From the NCBI GenBank assembly GCA_022743185.1, contig JAIIJA010000001.1, positions 1 through 40,467 on the forward strand: a stretch of DNA of 40,467 nucleotides. The letters are read 5' to 3'. The position numbers were made by a program, and so were the translations under genes. Of this stretch, positions 37,154-40,467 are shown one piece after another. This stretch comes from Dialister sp. Lineage in GTDB: Bacteria > Bacillota > Negativicutes > Veillonellales > Dialisteraceae. The notes below the pieces were generated by a model. That model was given only the letters and a program-made list of their open reading frames with translations, did no database searches and was not told the origin of the DNA. Every line of letters begins with the position of its first letter. The first letter of the stretch is position 1.

Positions 37154-40100
37154 AAGGGCTGAATCTGGCAGAGTGGGCCATCAAGCACAAGCCGGTGGTC
37201 TATTTCTTCATTTTCTTCATCCTCCTGGGAGGCTTGTGGTCGTATTTCCATCTGGGGCGCAGTGAGGATCCGGACTTCACCATCCGTCAGGCGGTGGTGT
37301 CGGCGGCTTGGCCGGGCGCGACAGCGGAGCAGATTACCGAGCAGGTGACGGATCCGCTCGAGAAAAAGCTCCAGGATACGAAGGGGCTGGACTATCTGAA
37401 GTCCTTCACGCATGATGGCAAGACGGTCATCTATGTGAATCTGAAGGACTCGGTCAAGAAGGAGGATATCCAGACGCGCTGGCATGAGGTGCGAAATCTC
37501 GTGAATGATGAGAAGGCAGCTCTTCCCGCCGGTGTGTACGGTCCGTATGTGAATGACCGCTTTGATGATGTCTATGGCTCGATCTACGCAGTGACGGGGG
37601 ACGGCTTTTCCTATGAGGAGAAGCGTAAGTCGGCGGAAATGCTGCGCCGTCGTCTCGCCGCTGTCGAGGATGTGCAGAAGGTCGAGCTCCTGGGGGTACA
37701 GGAGCAGAATATGTACATCGAGATGGATCAGAATAAGCTCGCCTCCTTCGGGATGAATCCATCCGATGTATTCCGCATCCTTCAGCAGCAGTCGGCGATG
37801 ATGCCGGCAGGGACGATCCATACATCGTCTCGCAATGTGGCGATCCGCGTGGACGGTCTCCTAGGCAGTGTGGAAGCCTTGGAGAATATCCCGATCCATG
37901 TGGGCGAGCGGAGCTTCCATCTGGGCGATGTGGCAAAGGTCACGCAGACCTACACGACGCCGGAGTCTTCCCTTTTCTATTTCAATGGCAAACCGGCGAT
38001 CGGTATCGCGGTCTCGATGCGGGTGGGCGGGAATAACCTGACGCTCGGGGACAATCTCAATCGGGAGATCGAGCGGTCGAAGGCAGACCTTCCGGCGGGC
38101 ATGGACATCGGGCTCGTGGCGGATCAGCCGAAGGTGGTGAATGAGTCCATCCATGATTTCACGGAGTCGCTCTTGGAGGCCATCGTGATCGTCATGGCGG
38201 CGTCCTTCCTTTCGCTCGGACTTTGGAGCGGCATCGTGCTGGCGCTCTGTATCCCGGTCGTCGTGTGTGCGACATTCCTCTTCATGAAATGGCAGGGAAT
38301 CGATCTGCATATCGTGTCTCTGGGAGCGCTCATCGTGTCCCTCGGCCTTCTTGTCGATGATGCGATCATCGTCATCGAGATGATGCAGGTGAAGCTCGAA
38401 GAAGGCATGGACCGCCTGTCAGCGGCGGAAGCGGCCTATAAGAGCTGCGCGAAGCCGATGCTCGCCGGGACGCTCATCACGGCGGCGGGCTTCATCCCCG
38501 TCGGGATGGCAGAAGGCCAGACATCGGAGTACTGCGCGGCACTCTTCTGGGTCATCGCAGCAGCCCTTCTTCTCTCCTGGGTGGCATCCATCTTTGTCAG
38601 CCCGGTCTTGGGATACAAATTCATTCAAGTAAAAACAAAGGAAGAGAAGGAGAAGGAAGCACGCGAAAAGGGGAAAAGCTGGAAATCGTCCATCGGAGAC
38701 AAGGCTTACCGGATCTTCTACAAGCTCATTGCGCTCTGTATCCATTTCAAGAAGACGGTCATCGTGGGGACTGCCGGTCTTTTCTGTCTGACTCTTGCGA
38801 TGATCCCGCTGGTGAATCAGGAATTCTTCCCCGACTCGGTGCGTCCGGAGATCATTCTGGATGTGAATCTCCCCTCCGGGGCTTCCATACAGGAAACAAA
38901 GCGTGTCATGAGTGGCATTGCCGATACACTCTATGGGGATGAGCGTGTATCCTCCTTCTCGACATACATCGGCGATACCGCGCCGCGTTTCATCCTGCTC
39001 TTTGATCCCAAAGCACCGGAAGACGGGCATGGGCAGATGATCATCGTCGCGACAGACCAGAAGAGCCGTGATGCGCTTCGTAAAGAGATCATGGATACGG
39101 TGACGGAGAAATATCCGGATGCACAGGCACATACCCGTCTCATCACGACCGGCCCGCCGTCCGAGTATCCGGTGATGTTCCGCCTGTCGGGCGAATCCAT
39201 CGATGAGACGGTGAAGCTGGCTTCCGAAGCGCTCTCCATCATGAAGCAGAATCCGAATGTCACGAATGCGAGCCTCGACTGGCCGCAGGAGACACCGACA
39301 CTGAAACTCAAGATCAATCAGGACAAGGTGCGCGAGCTGGGGATCGATAACTATGCAGTATCGCAGGATCTCTACGTGAAGCTCTCCGGCTATAAGGTGG
39401 CTGAGTCGTATCAGGGCGATCAGCTCATCCCGATCTCCTTCAAGCTGGAAGGAGATAATGTATCGCGTCTGGCCAGCCTCGACTCACTGCCTGTCCATGT
39501 GGGAAATGGCCGCTACGTGCCGCTGGGCGAATTTGCGGATCTGTCTTATGAAAATGAGACAAGCACCATCTGGCGCAGGGATCTGAAGCCGACCATCACG
39601 CTTCGGGCAGATGTAACAGGCGGAGCCAAGGCAGACTCTGTCTCCATGACGCTCTATGATACGGATCTCAAAGCCTTCCGTAGTAGCCTTCCGGAAGGGG
39701 TGACGTTCGAGAAGGATGGGTCGCTTGAGTGGAGCGAGAAGTCCATGACCTACATCGTAGGCGCCATGCCTATGATGGTCTTCTTCGTCCTCATGGTATT
39801 GATGTTCGAGCTGGGAAATATTCCCAAGCTCATCATGGCTGTCGTGACCGGACCACTCGGACTCATCGGCGCGATCCTGACACTGCTGGTAACGCGGCAG
39901 GCGATCGGCTTCGTCGCCATCATCGGCTTTGTGGCGCTCTCCGGCATGGTTATCCGAAACAGCATCATCCTTCTGGATCAGATCCGCCAGCATCTGGAAA
40001 GCGGGAAGACACCGTATGACGCCGTCGTCGAGTCGGCGGCGCTCCGTTTCCGTCCCATCATGCTCTCTTCGGTGACGGATGTCCTGGGCTTCGTGCCACT

Positions 40101-40236
40101 TATTCCGAATCCCTTCTGGCGCCCGCTCGCCGTCTCCTTCATCGGCGGTCTTCTCCTTGCGACCGCGATCGGACTCCTCGTCGTACCTGCCATGTACTGC
40201 TGGTGGTACAAGGTGAAAGAGCCCTGCGAGCAGTAG
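37150..40236 (+). CDS. RND efflux permease (AcrB/HAE1 family)
   Basis: 1028 aa; EDPDFT, GLLVDDAI, GMVIRNSIIL, RFRPIML. Confidence 0.95.
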   Translation: MKGLNLAEWAIKHKPVVYFFIFFILLGGLWSYFHLGRSEDPDFTIRQAVVSAAWPGATAEQITEQVTDPLEKKLQDTKGLDYLKSFTHDGKTVIYVNLKDSVKKEDIQTRWHEVRNLVNDEKAALPAGVYGPYVNDRFDDVYGSIYAVTGDGFSYEEKRKSAEMLRRRLAAVEDVQKVELLGVQEQNMYIEMDQNKLASFGMNPSDVFRILQQQSAMMPAGTIHTSSRNVAIRVDGLLGSVEALENIPIHVGERSFHLGDVAKVTQTYTTPESSLFYFNGKPAIGIAVSMRVGGNNLTLGDNLNREIERSKADLPAGMDIGLVADQPKVVNESIHDFTESLLEAIVIVMAASFLSLGLWSGIVLALCIPVVVCATFLFMKWQGIDLHIVSLGALIVSLGLLVDDAIIVIEMMQVKLEEGMDRLSAAEAAYKSCAKPMLAGTLITAAGFIPVGMAEGQTSEYCAALFWVIAAALLLSWVASIFVSPVLGYKFIQVKTKEEKEKEAREKGKSWKSSIGDKAYRIFYKLIALCIHFKKTVIVGTAGLFCLTLAMIPLVNQEFFPDSVRPEIILDVNLPSGASIQETKRVMSGIADTLYGDERVSSFSTYIGDTAPRFILLFDPKAPEDGHGQMIIVATDQKSRDALRKEIMDTVTEKYPDAQAHTRLITTGPPSEYPVMFRLSGESIDETVKLASEALSIMKQNPNVTNASLDWPQETPTLKLKINQDKVRELGIDNYAVSQDLYVKLSGYKVAESYQGDQLIPISFKLEGDNVSRLASLDSLPVHVGNGRYVPLGEFADLSYENETSTIWRRDLKPTITLRADVTGGAKADSVSMTLYDTDLKAFRSSLPEGVTFEKDGSLEWSEKSMTYIVGAMPMMVFFVLMVLMFELGNIPKLIMAVVTGPLGLIGAILTLLVTRQAIGFVAIIGFVALSGMVIRNSIILLDQIRQHLESGKTPYDAVVESAALRFRPIMLSSVTDVLGFVPLIPNPFWRPLAVSFIGGLLLATAIGLLVVPAMYCWWYKVKEPCEQ

Positions 40237-40252
40237 GCATTCGGTCAAAATG

Positions 40253-40345
40253 AAAGGAGCTGTGAAGAAATGAATCCGCATTTCTTCACAGCTCCTTTTT
40301 ACTTTGCTTTCATTTGGTTCAGGGTTCAGGGTGCAAGGTTCAGGG
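40253..40345 (+). repeat. Terminator plus heptamer module, copy of 23566-23650
   Basis: Near-identical sequence through ...catttggttcagggttca. Confidence 0.85.
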
Positions 40346-40417
40346 CTCTCGTGGCGGCTTCGCCGCCTTTTTTTAGAAGATGGTATTCTCGTATCGCAGC
40401 CTTCCCCTCTAGGTAAT

Positions 40418-40467
40418 GCTATTAAGTTAAGCGGCAGAACGTTCTTGGCTCCCCATCGGGGGAGCTG
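40418..40467. mobile_element. Start of a second, inverted copy of the candidate MITE (cut by window end)
   Basis: 48/49 identity to the reverse complement of 1252-1300. Confidence 0.55.

Overview
Chromosomal window from a Negativicutes bacterium, probably Dialister-like (inferred from gene content: succinate-to-propionate pathway, O-antigen-ligase-like protein, RND pump, Firmicutes-type promoters and RBS). The centre is a B12-dependent succinate decarboxylation locus. It holds a CoA-transferase, a split methylmalonyl-CoA mutase (MCM-1), meaB, mce and mmdA/D/C. These are followed by a divergent, degenerate stand-alone B12-binding-domain gene and a second, heterodimeric mutase operon (mutAB, then a second meaB) behind a cobalamin riboswitch and attenuator. 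An MsrA homolog lacking its catalytic Cys comes next. The most unusual element is at 24470-25756: a consensus promoter and two tandem cobalamin riboswitches, each with its own terminator, followed by no convincing protein gene. Instead there is a ~700-nt highly structured non-coding segment of repeated hairpin modules (UUCG tetraloops, G-U pairs, compensatory changes, a recurring (ACA)GGGAA loop) with anti-Shine-Dalgarno linkers, two of which are complementary to the MCM-1 translation start. My working hypothesis is a B12-limitation-induced regulatory RNA plus a mutase isozyme switch (a 'B12-sparing' system). The rest of the window contains housekeeping genes (upp, metQ, HAD, DMT, ecfA1A2T, truA), an AT-rich foreign remnant (truncated ICE sigma-factor gene, Vat/CatB acetyltransferase, Ntn hydrolase, CD3324-like gene with a leader peptide), a TetR-MFP-RND cluster, and intergenic mosaics of REP-like and heptamer repeats with a candidate MITE.
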